The notes under the pieces were generated by a model. It had not been told where the DNA came from, searched no databases, and saw only the letters and a program-made list of their open reading frames with translations. The position numbers were made by a program, and so were the translations under genes. A DNA stretch of 64,000 nucleotides from an uncultured cyanobacterium (GTDB lineage: Bacteria > Cyanobacteriota > Cyanobacteriia > Phormidesmidales > Phormidesmidaceae): contig CAWBZI010000001.1 in assembly GCA_963793265.1 (NCBI GenBank), positions 800,001 through 864,000 of the forward strand, given 5' to 3'. Each line of letters starts with the position of its first letter. The first letter of the stretch is position 1. This document shows, piece after piece, positions 51,381 through 63,113 of the stretch.

Positions 51381-54146
51381 GTGATCCCTGCCTCCACCGC
51401 TACTTCAGCTACCGCTACAGATCTGATCAACGCTGATATTTCTCGGCCCGCTCGCTACTTGGGCAATGAGCGTGGTGCGGTTCATAAGCCCTGGAAAAGT
51501 GCTGACGTGCGCTGGGTGCTCACCTATCCAGAAATTTATGAAGTGGGCGCGTCTAATTTAGGGCACATCATTCTGTACAGCATTTTGAACGCTCAGCCTC
51601 GGCAGCTATGCGATCGCGCCTATCTTCCCGCTGCCGACCTCAGCCAAAAGCTAAAAGACAGTGGAAGCCCCCTATTCGCCGTCGAGTCAAAGCGCAGCCT
51701 CACTGACTTTGATATTTTAGGATTCAGCCTTAGTTACGAACTAGGCGCGACCAACATTCTTGAAATGCTGACCCTAGCCCAGGTGCCTTTGACCTGGAAA
51801 GAGCGAGACGCCGAAGGCTCTTGGCACGTAAAAGACAATCAGGAGAACGGCGGAGAAGATGGGAGCTGGCCGCTCATCTTTGCAGGCGGCGGTACGGCTA
51901 CTTCTAATCCAGAACCCTATGCCGAGTTCTTTGATTTTGTCGCACTAGGAGATGGCGAAGAACTCCTGCCCGAGATTGGGCTGGTGCTAGAAGAAGGTAA
52001 AGCTGCTGGACTCAGCCGCCAAGAAATACTGCTCGATTTGGCCCAGGTACCCGGTGTATATGTGCCGCGTTTTTATGATATGGCCCCTGACGGCTCGGTG
52101 CATCCCAATCGCCCTGACGTACCCGCGCGCATCCTCCGCCGAGTCGCACCGCCGATGCCGGAATATTCTATTGGCCTCGTGCCTTATGTAGAAACCGTGC
52201 ACGATCGCCTTACGGTCGAAATCCGTCGCGGCTGCACCCGAGGCTGTCGCTTTTGCCAGCCTGGAATGCTCACACGGCCTGCTAGAGACGTTCCGCCTGA
52301 GCAGGTGATTGACACGATTGAACGAGGAATGCGTGAAACCGGCTACAACGAATTTTCGCTGCTGTCTTTGAGCTGTTCGGACTATCTAGCGCTGCCTGCG
52401 GTTGGCGTAGAAATTAAGAATCGCTTGAAAGATGAAAATATCAACCTTTCACTGCCCAGTCAACGGGTCGATAGATTTGACGAGAATATTGCTCACATTG
52501 TCGGTGGCTTAAGGCAAACTGGTCTGACGTTTGCCCCTGAAGCTGGAACGCAGCGAATGCGCGACATTATCAATAAGGGGCTTACGAATGAGGAGCTATT
52601 GCGTGGGGTAAAAACGGCTTACGATCAAGGCTGGGAGCGCGTGAAGCTGTACTTTATGATTGGCTTGCCTGGCGAGACCGATGTAGACGTGCTCGGCATT
52701 GCCGAAACTGTGAGATGGCTGCGGCAGGAATGCTTTATTAAAGGTCGGCGGGCGTTAAAGTTCAATATCACCATTTCTAACTTAACGCCGAAGCCGCACA
52801 CGCCTTTTCAGTGGCATTCGGTGTCAACCGATGAATTTAAGCGAAAGCAAGGGCTATTACAGGCTGAGCTTAATTCAATCCGAGGCGTGAAGGCAAACTT
52901 TACGGACGTACGAATTTCGGCGATGGAGGACTTTGTAGGCAGAGGCGATCGCCGCTTATCAGCCGTCGTTCGCAGAGCCTGGGAACTCGGGGCAGGTATG
53001 GACGCCTGGTGGGAGAGTTTAGAGAAGGCGTTTGGCGCTTGGACGCAGGCGATCGCAGATGCCGGACTAGATTGGAAATACCGCCAGGTAGAAAACGGCG
53101 AGTGGGATCTAGACGAAAACATTGCTAGCGCCGAAGCCAATGAGTCTGAGGCCACGGATAGTACCGAACATCAGGCAGTGGACGATGCGATGCAGGCCGT
53201 TTTGGCGCGCAGGTTGCCTTGGGATCACATTGATACGGGGATTGAAAAGCAGTGGTTAAAGGAAGAGCTAAAGAACGCTCTAGCAGCGGCAACCGTGCCC
53301 GACTGCTCCTTTGAAGGCTGCTCTCATTGCGGTATCTGTGGGCCAGACTTTGGTCATAACATTATCGTGCCGCCAATAGAGATCCCAGATTTTGCTGGAC
53401 ACTTCAAGCCTAATCAGACACGCGCGCAACGGCTACGAATCAAAGTTGGCAAGCTGGGCGATATGGCCCTCATCGGTCATCTAGACTTCGCCCGATTGAT
53501 GGATAGAGCCGTTCGCCGCGCATCTTTACCGATTGCGTTCACAGGTGGATTCCACCCTGGGCCAAGAATTTCGCCAGCCAGCGCGCTTTCATTAGGACTA
53601 ACAAGTACAGGAGAGCTGATTGACTTTGAACTCACTGAAATCATAGATCCTGCTGACTTCAGAGCACGGCTACAGGCACAGCTTCCTGACGATGTGCCAA
53701 TCTACGAGGTTGAAGAGGTGTCTTTGAACTCAGCTTCCACGACAAAGTGCCTTGATCGGGCTGAGTATCTGCTGGCCGTAGATACCGCAGAGGGCATTGG
53801 TAACTGGTCGCAGTGGGTGCAGCAGGTACTAGATGCGCCACAAATGATGCAAACAAAAACGACCAAATCGGGTAAAACGAAGGAAGTGGATTTGCGATCG
53901 CGACTCTTTGAACTATCGATTGCCGGTAACGATCAACTGTCCTTGCTACCGAAAGTCGTGAGCTGTCGCCTTACTTCAGCTCACAGCTCATCAAGTCAGC
54001 CTACCGTCTTGCACTATGTTGGGAGCTGTCGCAACGATGGAACGCTACTCAAGCCTCAAAACATCGTAACGATGCTAGAGACTGTGAGCGCTCAAGAAAT
54101 TTTGCTAGGGCCTGTCCACCGCGTACAACTTATATTAAATAGCTGA
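51381..54146 (+). CDS. Radical SAM protein (TIGR03960-like) fused to a DUF2344/TIGR03936-like domain
   Basis: PARYLGNE, RGCTRGCRFCQ, APEAG, YFMIGLPGE and GHLD..GGFHPGPR. Start uncertain (51297-51381). Confidence 0.9.
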   Translation: MIPASTATSATATDLINADISRPARYLGNERGAVHKPWKSADVRWVLTYPEIYEVGASNLGHIILYSILNAQPRQLCDRAYLPAADLSQKLKDSGSPLFAVESKRSLTDFDILGFSLSYELGATNILEMLTLAQVPLTWKERDAEGSWHVKDNQENGGEDGSWPLIFAGGGTATSNPEPYAEFFDFVALGDGEELLPEIGLVLEEGKAAGLSRQEILLDLAQVPGVYVPRFYDMAPDGSVHPNRPDVPARILRRVAPPMPEYSIGLVPYVETVHDRLTVEIRRGCTRGCRFCQPGMLTRPARDVPPEQVIDTIERGMRETGYNEFSLLSLSCSDYLALPAVGVEIKNRLKDENINLSLPSQRVDRFDENIAHIVGGLRQTGLTFAPEAGTQRMRDIINKGLTNEELLRGVKTAYDQGWERVKLYFMIGLPGETDVDVLGIAETVRWLRQECFIKGRRALKFNITISNLTPKPHTPFQWHSVSTDEFKRKQGLLQAELNSIRGVKANFTDVRISAMEDFVGRGDRRLSAVVRRAWELGAGMDAWWESLEKAFGAWTQAIADAGLDWKYRQVENGEWDLDENIASAEANESEATDSTEHQAVDDAMQAVLARRLPWDHIDTGIEKQWLKEELKNALAAATVPDCSFEGCSHCGICGPDFGHNIIVPPIEIPDFAGHFKPNQTRAQRLRIKVGKLGDMALIGHLDFARLMDRAVRRASLPIAFTGGFHPGPRISPASALSLGLTSTGELIDFELTEIIDPADFRARLQAQLPDDVPIYEVEEVSLNSASTTKCLDRAEYLLAVDTAEGIGNWSQWVQQVLDAPQMMQTKTTKSGKTKEVDLRSRLFELSIAGNDQLSLLPKVVSCRLTSAHSSSSQPTVLHYVGSCRNDGTLLKPQNIVTMLETVSAQEILLGPVHRVQLILNS

Positions 54147-54151
54147 AGTCT

Positions 54152-54832
54152 ATGCCTAACCGTTTGGCTAAGTTTGGATATATCGCCGCTGGTATAACGC
54201 TGGTGAGTTTAGTTAATAGCCGTGCCATTGCAGCACCAGTGGAGTCCGAAAGGGTTGCCCAAACTGGGAATCAGACGGACTTTGTGCTGGCAGCAGTGCG
54301 ATCGCAGCTCTCAGACTTAAGCCAGTTTCCTTTATTGCTACCCTCCGAGCGCGAAGAGTTAGAAGCCTCTAGCAGTGATATTTCGCCTACTGCGCTCAGT
54401 CAGCCCAGCCTTTTTTGGGCGCAAGATCAGGTAGGGGCTCGCTATGGGAGCGATCGCCTAGTAGACCAGTGGCGCGCCTATCAGGTAGATGACGAGAACG
54501 GCAGACCCGTTAGCTACGTCGATGCCGTTGTTAACGAACGCATCTGGAACCTACTCACCTACTTTGAACGCTACGCCGTTATCACCCAGCTAGGCACCGC
54601 CGCAAAAGACTACGGCTATAACCTGCGCGTGTTTCATACTGGCGATGCTGCCAATGCCGATGAATCTAGAAGCTCTGGCAACCTCAATTTAGTAACGCTC
54701 CGAGGCGCTTACGTATGCGATTTCGATCAACTGTCATTTTCAGTAGACGCTGACGGCATCACAGCCCCCCCCTGCGAAATCGTATACAACGCACTCAGCC
54801 GCCGTCGCCGACAAAGCGTCCTATCAAACTAA
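54152..54832 (+). CDS. Hypothetical secreted protein
   Basis: Signal peptide; PSLFWAQDQ and ERYAVITQLGTAAKDYGYNLRVF. Confidence 0.7.
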   Translation: MPNRLAKFGYIAAGITLVSLVNSRAIAAPVESERVAQTGNQTDFVLAAVRSQLSDLSQFPLLLPSEREELEASSSDISPTALSQPSLFWAQDQVGARYGSDRLVDQWRAYQVDDENGRPVSYVDAVVNERIWNLLTYFERYAVITQLGTAAKDYGYNLRVFHTGDAANADESRSSGNLNLVTLRGAYVCDFDQLSFSVDADGITAPPCEIVYNALSRRRRQSVLSN

Positions 54833-54863
54833 CCCCTAGAAACACTGGTAGGGGCGTAAAACC

Positions 54864-56114
54864 TTACGCCCTCCGGCGCAACTGCTGCCACAGCGCAAAA
54901 TAAGCCATTTGCAGCGTCGCCGGAATCGGCAACAAAGGCTCGCTATTTCTCAGCGTACTTACCGGCAAAAGCCCACCTGCCAAAGTCTCAGGCACGCTAT
55001 CGTCATCACCCAAAAAGATAGGCGAGAGCCCCCTACCGGCCACTGAGATTTGAGCTGCTGGGCCCACCTGCCAGCAAAAATCGATCCACTGCTGGGCCAG
55101 CTCACTCATAGGAGCCCCTTTAGGCCGCACCCACATGTCTGCCGACAGCAAGCTGCCTTCCTCTGGCACCACCACTCTTAGCTCGCGATATCGATTCAGC
55201 GCCGCCGCCACCTCTCCTGACCAGGCCACTACCACCTTCACATCTCCATTCACCAGCGCTTTCAAAGAGTTTTCAGAGTCGTAGGTTTTCACCTGCTCGT
55301 TGAGCTGAGTAAAAGGCTCTGCTAACTGTTCAGCTAGCTGTTCGACCAAAGTACTACCAACGGATCGGCTCTCATCGGTCGAGCTATCGGCCAAACGGTC
55401 AGCCGAGCTACCACCTGTGCTTTCAATCGCACCATTGAAGCTGCCAGTCTGGATCTTCTGCAGCAGTCCAATCACCAATCTAGGATGATTTGGTAAGGCT
55501 ATTACTTGGCGTAGCTCAGGCTGAAGCAAATCGCGCCATGATTGAAAAGGAGGATTCTGTGACGCCGGAAAAGCATCTCGGCGGTAAACAATTACTAGGG
55601 TTTGCACTTTGTAAGGCGCAGCCCATAGGGATATTTCTTGCGAACTAGCGCTCTGGCCACCGTTCTGCATCTGTCCCTTGGCGTCACGACTAGCAAACTG
55701 TTGCCAGGCGGCAGGTAGCGCTTCGAGGTTCTTCTCTGGAATCTCTAAGGGATCTATCAGGTTTTGAGCGATCGCACTTTCCAGCCAATAGTCACCAATA
55801 CTCACCAAGTCATCTGGCATCGACGTTGCCTCAGCATTCATCCAAGGCAAAAGCCGCCGCACTGAAAATCCTGAAGACGCCACCGGCTTTTGCCAGATCT
55901 GTAGCTGCTGATAAAGGCTCTGAAGCTGCGCTGCCATTTGAAACCTGACCGGTTCAGCCGTCTGCTTACGAAACCGCTGCAAAACTTCAGGCGGGATAGA
56001 ACCGTCCAGCATACTGATTTTGAGCGCGTTTGCGGGCGTTCGCTGACAGCTGGTGATTGAGCTGCTAGCAGCGATCACAGCGGTTCCTAAAATGAGCGTT
56101 CTGCGAGTGATCAT
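54864..56114 (-). CDS. ABC transporter solute-binding lipoprotein (PotD/PotF-like)
   Basis: TRR twin-Arg plus a Cys lipobox, SWRDLL, AWSG and PEEGSLLSADMW. Confidence 0.8.
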   Translation of the reverse strand: MITRRTLILGTAVIAASSSITSCQRTPANALKISMLDGSIPPEVLQRFRKQTAEPVRFQMAAQLQSLYQQLQIWQKPVASSGFSVRRLLPWMNAEATSMPDDLVSIGDYWLESAIAQNLIDPLEIPEKNLEALPAAWQQFASRDAKGQMQNGGQSASSQEISLWAAPYKVQTLVIVYRRDAFPASQNPPFQSWRDLLQPELRQVIALPNHPRLVIGLLQKIQTGSFNGAIESTGGSSADRLADSSTDESRSVGSTLVEQLAEQLAEPFTQLNEQVKTYDSENSLKALVNGDVKVVVAWSGEVAAALNRYRELRVVVPEEGSLLSADMWVRPKGAPMSELAQQWIDFCWQVGPAAQISVAGRGLSPIFLGDDDSVPETLAGGLLPVSTLRNSEPLLPIPATLQMAYFALWQQLRRRA

Positions 56115-56166
56115 TAAGCGTCTATTAGCAAAGGGGTGATGGAAATAATATCAAGCTTCAATAGCA

Positions 56167-56196
56167 AAGCGCAGTAGGACAACACCCACTGCGCTT
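56167..56196 (-). terminator. Hairpin downstream of psbV
   Basis: AAGCGCAGT...ACTGCGCTT. Confidence 0.55.
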
Positions 56197-56269
56197 AAAG
56201 TTTAGCGATTCTAAGCTAGAAAGCTTCTTATAGTAGAAGACTTTTTGCCGTAGAAAAGTACAAAGAAAA

Positions 56270-56803
56270 CTACAGAGACTTCGTTTTACCTGCACCCCAT
56301 TTATCGCCCATCACCTTAGGCATCACGAGAATATGAGCAGAGATTGCTTCGATATCATCGTCGGTGAGGTTCCGCATCTTAGGATAGAGGTCGGTGCTCT
56401 GAGTACTAGGATGCAGCTCAGAGATCTCTACCAATCCATCATAGGTGGTGGGATTGTTGAGATAGTCTACTAGGGCCGCGAGGTTATCGCGGGCAGGATA
56501 GGCACCTTCTAGTGATTCTGTATCTAAGCCTACGTTGGGGTTGGTTTTAGTGATGCCCCCAACGTGACAAGTCGCGCAGGCAACGTTGAACTTTTTGCGA
56601 CCGCGAAGAAAAACTTCGACAGGCGGGGTAACGGTGTCGCCCTGCTCGGTGGCTTTGATCGTACGGGTCGCAGCATCTAGATCAGCAGCGATCGCCTCAC
56701 CTGGCAACACGGTAGCACCCATCAAACCTGCGCCAAACACGCCAGATACAAAAATGACAGTCGCAACCAGCAGCCCGGTGCATCTCTTAAACAAATTTCT
56801 CAT
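56270..56803 (-). CDS. psbV: Cytochrome c550 (photosystem II)
   Basis: CATCH heme motif, GITKTNPNVGL, PTTYDG and HPS. Confidence 0.95.
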   Translation of the reverse strand: MRNLFKRCTGLLVATVIFVSGVFGAGLMGATVLPGEAIAADLDAATRTIKATEQGDTVTPPVEVFLRGRKKFNVACATCHVGGITKTNPNVGLDTESLEGAYPARDNLAALVDYLNNPTTYDGLVEISELHPSTQSTDLYPKMRNLTDDDIEAISAHILVMPKVMGDKWGAGKTKSL

Positions 56804-57017
56804 TTTTTATGCTCGCTTCTCAGACACGCAACACAGCAGTGATTCAGTTTTTATTGAACCAAATTCTCTATTTATCATGCCATGAATAGGGCTACACAGG
56901 GGGAACAAACCACTAGAAAGTAGATAAAAAGCACTCAAACTAAAAAGAGCCCACCGCCAAAGCTTAGGATTCGTTACATTCCTTTACCCAAACGCAGACA
57001 ATCGGTGAGAGCAGTTC

Positions 57018-57962
57018 TTAAGGCTCAGCGCTATGCAAGACTTTCTTAACCTGCTTAGCATTCACAATCACTTTATCTGCCGAGGGCTGATCGACAGGCC
57101 GATGCAGCCGAATAAGCTGCGCCAAAACCTTCTTCAGCTCAGGGCGCGGCACGATTTTGTCTACAAAGCCATGGCGCAGCAAATATTCCGCTGTTTGGAA
57201 TCCTTCTGGAAGCTTTTCACGCACAGTTTGCTCTACAACGCGTCGCCCTGCAAAGCCAATCGTCGCCTCAGGCTCAGCCAAAATAATATCGCCCAGCATG
57301 GCAAAACTCGCAGTGACCCCGCCCGTCGTCGGATGCGTCAAAATCGGGATGTAAAGTAACCGGGCCTCACGATGGCGCTCTAGAGCTGCTGAAATTTTGG
57401 CCATCTGCATCAGGCTCAGCATTCCTTCCTGCATTCGAGCCCCGCCCGAAGCGCACACGATAAATACCGGCAGTTTCTCAGCCGTGCCTTTTTCTATCAG
57501 CCGAGTGAGTTTTTCACCTACTACCGAGCCCATGCTACCGCCCATAAAGCGAAAGTCCATCACGCCCAAGGCTGCGGGTTCACCGTTGATAGTACCGATG
57601 CCTGTTTGCACACCGTCTATCAGCTTTGTTTTGGCTTGGGTGTCGCGGATGCGGTCGGCGTAGGCTTTGCGATCGCGAAATCTCAGCGGATCCAGCGGCG
57701 AAACTTGCGTATCGAGAGGCGTCCAACTATCGGCATCAATGAGCTGTTCGATGCGATCGCTGCTAAAAATACGATGGTGGTGTCCACACTCAGGGCACAC
57801 CTGCTGATTATTCCACAGGTCTTTGGTGTAGGTAAGCACGTCACAGCGCTCGCACTTCGTCCACAGTCCGTCTGCAATTTCTCGCTCGTGTCTATCCTGG
57901 CTCACTAAACCCGTCTTCCTACGATTTGCAAACCAGTCGAAAAGTGACATTTTCCCGCTCAT
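57018..57962 (-). CDS. accD: Acetyl-CoA carboxylase carboxyltransferase beta subunit
   Basis: Zinc finger, [16 protein letters not shown] and GGVTASFA. Confidence 0.98.
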   Translation of the reverse strand: MSGKMSLFDWFANRRKTGLVSQDRHEREIADGLWTKCERCDVLTYTKDLWNNQQVCPECGHHHRIFSSDRIEQLIDADSWTPLDTQVSPLDPLRFRDRKAYADRIRDTQAKTKLIDGVQTGIGTINGEPAALGVMDFRFMGGSMGSVVGEKLTRLIEKGTAEKLPVFIVCASGGARMQEGMLSLMQMAKISAALERHREARLLYIPILTHPTTGGVTASFAMLGDIILAEPEATIGFAGRRVVEQTVREKLPEGFQTAEYLLRHGFVDKIVPRPELKKVLAQLIRLHRPVDQPSADKVIVNAKQVKKVLHSAEP

Positions 57963-58164
57963 CGAACTTACTTAAGTCGCAGCCCCGAAAAAATACGTAA
58001 TCTTAATGAGGCAAATTACTTATTCATCCTACATGGGTTGCTTCCCCACTTGAATCATTCGATAGCAAATTCTTTTAACCGGCACAGGCAAAAAGCCCTT
58101 CCATAAGATACCAGTAAGGTTTTTCTAACTTAAAGGTTCGTACTTCTAATCCGACAAGCCCAGG

Positions 58165-59007
58165 CTAAAGACCCAGCGGAAAAAACACGGCTAAATAGGC
58201 CGAAATCATCTGCTGACCATAGAACAGTGACAGCACTGCGCCCAAGGCTAGATAGGGGCCGAACGGAATGTGCTGCTTAGGCCCAAGCGCACCTAAAGCC
58301 ATAGCCCCACCACCAATCACCGCGCCCATCGCCGCCGCTAAAAAAGTAGCCAGCAGCAATCCAGGAAAGCCCAACCACGCCGCCATCATCGCCGCCAGCT
58401 TGGCGTCACCGCCACCCATCGCCTGTTTACCAAAAGCTCTACTACCGGCAACGCTGATCACATCAAACAGCCAAAGCCCCGCAATGCTTGCTATGACCGC
58501 CCACACAGCGCCAGTCGCCACAGATCGAAGCGTCGGCGCTTGCAAATAGCTCACCCAGCCCTGAAACCCCCAGCCTAAAATTAGGCCCGAAGCAGTCAGG
58601 CTATTCGGCAGCGTCATCGTATCCAAATCAATCAGCGCCAGCGCCAGCAGCCAGCATACAAAGATCCAGTGACCCGGCGTTAGCCACGTGATCCCAAACA
58701 TCATAAATACAGATACGAATAAGCAGCCCGTTGCGAACTCTACGATTGGATAGCGGGCCGCGATCGGCAGCTTGCAGCTACGGCACTTACCTTTTAGCCA
58801 CAGCCAGCCGAAAACCGGCACGTTGTCGTAGGGCTTGAGGCGCGTTTCGCAGCGCGGGCAGCGAGAAGGCGGATGAACCAGCGATAGACCTTCTGGCAGG
58901 CGATAGACCACCACGTTTAAAAAGCTTCCGACCGATGCCCCGAAGATAAAGACAATCAGAATCGGAACGATAGTATCTAATAAATAAAGACGCACAAACA
59001 GCCACAA
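58165..59007 (-). CDS. pilD: Prepilin peptidase
   Basis: GSFLNVVVYRLP, two CxxC, MGGGDAKL and PFGPYL. Confidence 0.95.
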   Translation of the reverse strand: MWLFVRLYLLDTIVPILIVFIFGASVGSFLNVVVYRLPEGLSLVHPPSRCPRCETRLKPYDNVPVFGWLWLKGKCRSCKLPIAARYPIVEFATGCLFVSVFMMFGITWLTPGHWIFVCWLLALALIDLDTMTLPNSLTASGLILGWGFQGWVSYLQAPTLRSVATGAVWAVIASIAGLWLFDVISVAGSRAFGKQAMGGGDAKLAAMMAAWLGFPGLLLATFLAAAMGAVIGGGAMALGALGPKQHIPFGPYLALGAVLSLFYGQQMISAYLAVFFPLGL

Positions 59008-59057
59008 AGCGCTAGATTTTGCTCTAATATGCCCAAGCTATCAACGGCTATTGATAC

Positions 59058-59104
59058 AAAACCTCCCGTCTGACGGCATCTAGCATCGTCGGACGGGAGG
59101 TTTA
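59058..59104. terminator. Intrinsic terminator-like hairpin
   Basis: AAAACCTCCCGTCTGACG...CGTCGGACGGGAGGTTTT. Confidence 0.8.
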
Positions 59105-59143
59105 TAGAAGGCTGATTGAAGGGCTGAGAGGGGGCGCGATCGC

Positions 59144-59452
59144 CTAAGCTAGCCCTGGCTCAATTTGGCTAAAGGGTACAAAACACTCTTGCGGAAGCAG
59201 CACGGGCTTCTCTCCAAAAACCAGCTTGCCGCGATGGCTGCGCCGTCCGATGGCAACGCCGATCGGACGCTGAATTACGTCGGGATGAACTTCATAAAAG
59301 GTGCGGTAGATGTGCCGTGCGGCCTTAATCAGCTCAGGATTGAGTAGCACAGAATCATCTCCAAAGGCGAGTCGATCAGTTTCTGGGGGTTGCATGGTTA
59401 GCGCATTCATAGCTGGAGGGCTCAAGTGGGGTAATACCGTTTGTAGTGACAT
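59144..59452 (-). CDS. Cyanobacterial hypothetical protein
   Basis: AARHIYRTF...RPIGVAI...PVLLPQECFVP. Confidence 0.7.
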   Translation of the reverse strand: MSLQTVLPHLSPPAMNALTMQPPETDRLAFGDDSVLLNPELIKAARHIYRTFYEVHPDVIQRPIGVAIGRRSHRGKLVFGEKPVLLPQECFVPFSQIEPGLA

Positions 59453-59592
59453 ACCTGTTGGTGCTGATATTACAGCTTATTTAGAAGATTTTTCTTTTGT
59501 TTGCTAGTAACATCTGCACACAGGATAATACAGACCGACACACAGTAGTTTTTTTGTACTGTTTTACGGTCAGCTTGCGTTAAGCCTTAGCT

Positions 59593-60696
59593 TCAAGCAC
59601 CTTCTTCAAGCGCTTTTTTAAGCGCCTGCTCTAGGGCTTCACCCATGCCTTTACAACCCACAGACTTCATCCCGTCAGACATAATATCCCCGGTGCGATA
59701 GCCCTGATCTAGCACGGTGAGCACGGCCTGCTCAATTTGGTCGGCCGCAGCGCTCTGGTCAAGACCGTAGCGCAGCATCATAGCGGCACTGAGCACCTGA
59801 GCTAGCGGGTTAGCTTTGTCTTGCCCCGCAATATCTGGCGCTGAACCATGAACCGGCTCAAACACACCAGGGCCGCTCTCGCCCAAGCTCGCAGATGGTA
59901 GCATACCGATGCTTCCCGTTAACATGGCCGCAGCATCAGACAAAATGTCACCGAAAAGGTTGCCGGTCACGATGGTGTCAAATTGCTTGGGGGCGCGCAC
60001 AAGCTGCATAGCCGCATTATCTACATATAGATGGGAGAGTTCCACGTCGGTGTAGTCACTGCTAAGGGCGGTGATGCGATCGCGCCAAAGCTGAGAAACA
60101 TCCAGCACATTTGCCTTATCCACCGAACACAGTTGGCCTTTGCGTTTACGCGCCGTCTCAAAAGCCACCCGACCAATTCGATCAATCTCATGGCTGTCGT
60201 ACACCATCGTACTCACCCCGCGTTTCTGACCGTCTTCAGTTTCAAAAATGCCTTTAGGCGTCCCAAAGTAAATCCCGCCCGTCAGTTCACGCACCACCAT
60301 AATGTCAACGCCTTCCACAATCTCGGGCTTCAGTGAAGACGCATCAAGAAGCTGAGGCAAAATCGTCGCGGGCCGCAGGTTCGCAAATAATCCTAAGCCT
60401 GAACGCAGTCCCAGTAGCCCTGTCTCAGGCCGCTGCGCCCGAGGCAGTCCGTCCCACTTATAGCCGCCGATAGACGCTAGCAAAACCGCGTCACTCTCGC
60501 GGCAGGCATTCAGCGTTTCATCAGGCAGCGGCTCACCAGTAGCATCAATAGCTGCGCCCCCAAGCAGTGCCTCTGTAAAGATAAATTCAATGTCGTGCTG
60601 CTCAGCGACCTGATTTAGAACAGCCACAGCAACGGAGATAATTTCTGGGCCGATGCCGTCACCGGGCAATAGGGTAATACGAAACTGTTCGGTCAT
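59593..60696 (-). CDS. leuB: 3-isopropylmalate dehydrogenase
   Basis: [23 protein letters not shown] and [12 protein letters not shown]. Start set at MTEQF. Confidence 0.97.
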   Translation of the reverse strand: MTEQFRITLLPGDGIGPEIISVAVAVLNQVAEQHDIEFIFTEALLGGAAIDATGEPLPDETLNACRESDAVLLASIGGYKWDGLPRAQRPETGLLGLRSGLGLFANLRPATILPQLLDASSLKPEIVEGVDIMVVRELTGGIYFGTPKGIFETEDGQKRGVSTMVYDSHEIDRIGRVAFETARKRKGQLCSVDKANVLDVSQLWRDRITALSSDYTDVELSHLYVDNAAMQLVRAPKQFDTIVTGNLFGDILSDAAAMLTGSIGMLPSASLGESGPGVFEPVHGSAPDIAGQDKANPLAQVLSAAMMLRYGLDQSAAADQIEQAVLTVLDQGYRTGDIMSDGMKSVGCKGMGEALEQALKKALEEGA

Positions 60697-60828
60697 GGTC
60701 AGCGCAACGTAAAGAGGGACGGGAGCATAATACCTGATGAACCCCGCGCCTGAACCTTGCGGTAAAATGCGCACATATATATTGACGCAGTAGGCATCTG
60801 GCCTAATCTTAGAGAGAAAAATAAACGC

Positions 60829-61986
60829 ATGGCTTTTCTTCGCGACGACATTGCTCAGTTCTCCGCCTACCAAGCCCCTCATCCCACCGCCGCCGAAGCT
60901 TCAGCTCTGCCTGTACTCGATCCGCTAGATACCAACGAGAGCCCGATTGATTTGCCTGCTGATATGAAAGCGGCGCTGGCTGAGGATTATTTGGAGGCGA
61001 TCGCAGCTAACCGCTATCCCGACGGCAGCCAGTCGGCCCTCAAGCGAGCTATTACCAAATACGCCACCCAATCAGGCAACCTCACCGGGCAAACCGTTGG
61101 CCTAGAGAACGTCACATTGGGCAATGGCTCCGACGAACTGATTCGATCCGTGGTCATGGCGACCTGTTTGGGAAACCACGGCTCTGTATTGGTCGCTGAG
61201 CCTACCTTCTCAATGTATGGCGTCTTAGCTCAGACCTTGGGTGTGCCAGTGCACAGCGTTGATCGTAAAGATAATTTTGAAGTTGATATCAATGCGGCCA
61301 GTGAGATGATCGCACAAGCCACCCAAACCGGCCCACCCGTTCGCACCGTCTTCATGGTGCACCCCAACTCTCCGACTGGAAACGCACTGACGAACCAAGA
61401 ACTAACCTGGCTTAAGCAGCTACCAGAAGACATCTTAGTCGTCGTTGATGAAGCCTATTTCGAGTTCAGCGGGCGCACCACATTAGCCCAAGCTCTTTTA
61501 AAACCAAACTGGTTAGTTACACGTACTTTATCAAAGGGATTTCGCCTTGCCGCGCATCGAGTGGGCTACGGCATTGCTCACCCCGCCATCATCGCCGCCT
61601 TAGAGAAACTAAGATTGCCCTATAACCTACCGAGCTTCTCCCAGGCAGCAGCCACCACCGCCCTAGCCCACAGCGACCAGCTCCTCAGCCAAATTCCGAC
61701 CATTCTATCGGAGCAGCAGCAGCTATATAAGGCTCTCAGCGACCACGCTTACCTGCAAGTTTGGCCAAGTGATAGCAACTTTCTATACGTTCGGTTGAGC
61801 GATCGCGGCCTTGCAGCCCTATCAGCACCTAATCAAAAAGACGGACTCACTCACATGTTCACAGCTCTCAAATCCCAAGGCACCCTCATTCGTCAAACAG
61901 GCGGCGGCTTACGCATCAGCATCGGCACACCCAGCGAAAACCAGCGCACCCTCGCCAACATCCGTCAGGTACTCGGCACCAAATAA
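60829..61986 (+). CDS. hisC: Histidinol-phosphate aminotransferase
   Basis: [27 protein letters not shown] and RTLSK. Confidence 0.9.
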   Translation: MAFLRDDIAQFSAYQAPHPTAAEASALPVLDPLDTNESPIDLPADMKAALAEDYLEAIAANRYPDGSQSALKRAITKYATQSGNLTGQTVGLENVTLGNGSDELIRSVVMATCLGNHGSVLVAEPTFSMYGVLAQTLGVPVHSVDRKDNFEVDINAASEMIAQATQTGPPVRTVFMVHPNSPTGNALTNQELTWLKQLPEDILVVVDEAYFEFSGRTTLAQALLKPNWLVTRTLSKGFRLAAHRVGYGIAHPAIIAALEKLRLPYNLPSFSQAAATTALAHSDQLLSQIPTILSEQQQLYKALSDHAYLQVWPSDSNFLYVRLSDRGLAALSAPNQKDGLTHMFTALKSQGTLIRQTGGGLRISIGTPSENQRTLANIRQVLGTK

Positions 61987-62004
61987 CAGGCACACCCTCA
62001 GCTA

Positions 62005-62763
62005 TCACCAAACGAACCCAGAACGCACCCGATGAATAGTCTGTGGCAAAACACCCACCAGCAGCGCAAACGCCTCATCTGGAACCAAATCTACCGTACT
62101 TTGATCGAAGTACGTCTTAAACTGCTCCAAAATCATCCGCGCTCGGTCATCAGGACTAGGCTGATCGGTAAAATTCTGAGTCAACCGAATCCACTGCAGC
62201 CGAATCTTGATTGCATTCTGATGTGCCTCGTGAGAATCAGGCGACAGCAAAGACAAATTGCCGATAGGAATAAGTTTGACAATATCATTGTCCAAATCAC
62301 CACCGACAGCTGCCCCTGGCCCCGCAAACTCAGCGTGAAACTCGCGAATTACAATCAGCCCGTTGCGACGGCGGCTATTCACGACCCATAGCTGACCGCT
62401 GTCTATCTTTTCAACCACTTCGTCAACTTTAAGATTTTGGTTCACGGATGTGCCGAAGAATTTCCAGTCACCTGACTTATGCTGGGTGGCTTGCAAAACT
62501 GATGACGATGAAGTGGCTTTCATACCAGCGTCTGTACCATTGCTAACCTGGGTAGCCATAGCGGTAGCCGGGGGGTTAGCCAGAGGGTGCGCACTGATAC
62601 TATCAGAGCCGCCTGATGACTCACAAGTAGGTCGCTTGTTTATCTGGCCGTTTATCTGATTGCGTCCTAAGGGAATACGACCCAACGAGGCGTAACCCAG
62701 CGGTTCTCGGCCCGCCGTTTCGACAGACATAGGCACTCTATTAACGGTGGGCGTAAGATCCAT
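62005..62763 (-). CDS. Cyanobacterial protein with a possible Crp-like C-terminal HTH
   Basis: NSRRRNGLI..EFAGPGAAVGG and EAFALLVGVLPQTI. Start uncertain. Confidence 0.6.
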   Translation of the reverse strand: MDLTPTVNRVPMSVETAGREPLGYASLGRIPLGRNQINGQINKRPTCESSGGSDSISAHPLANPPATAMATQVSNGTDAGMKATSSSSVLQATQHKSGDWKFFGTSVNQNLKVDEVVEKIDSGQLWVVNSRRRNGLIVIREFHAEFAGPGAAVGGDLDNDIVKLIPIGNLSLLSPDSHEAHQNAIKIRLQWIRLTQNFTDQPSPDDRARMILEQFKTYFDQSTVDLVPDEAFALLVGVLPQTIHRVRSGFVW

Positions 62764-63113
62764 AAATTGGGATGTTCACTCAGCGTATCTGGCAACATCA
62801 ACGTGTGACTACTCCTAATGTGATACGAATTTTGGCAATATCTAAAAAGAACAAATAGTTTTTATTCATTCTTTATGACGCAGCAATCCATACTTTATAC
62901 ACATTACATAAAACTCCCTCAATTCAGTTTTTTACGTCAGTACATATATGCAAATTACTTTGTAAAATTTGCAACAACGATGCCGCATTAGGCACGCAAG
63001 CATATCTGGGCTTCAAAGCTGCTTCAAGTTCTTCAGACGCTACACACAATGCACTTGTTGATCCTCTCTTCAAAGATTAGCTTTTCTTAATATATGAATA
63101 GAGGCCCAAACCG

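Noticed and set aside
60697..60882. N-terminal extension of leuB
   Set aside because: It overlaps the divergent hisC start; homology begins at MTEQF.
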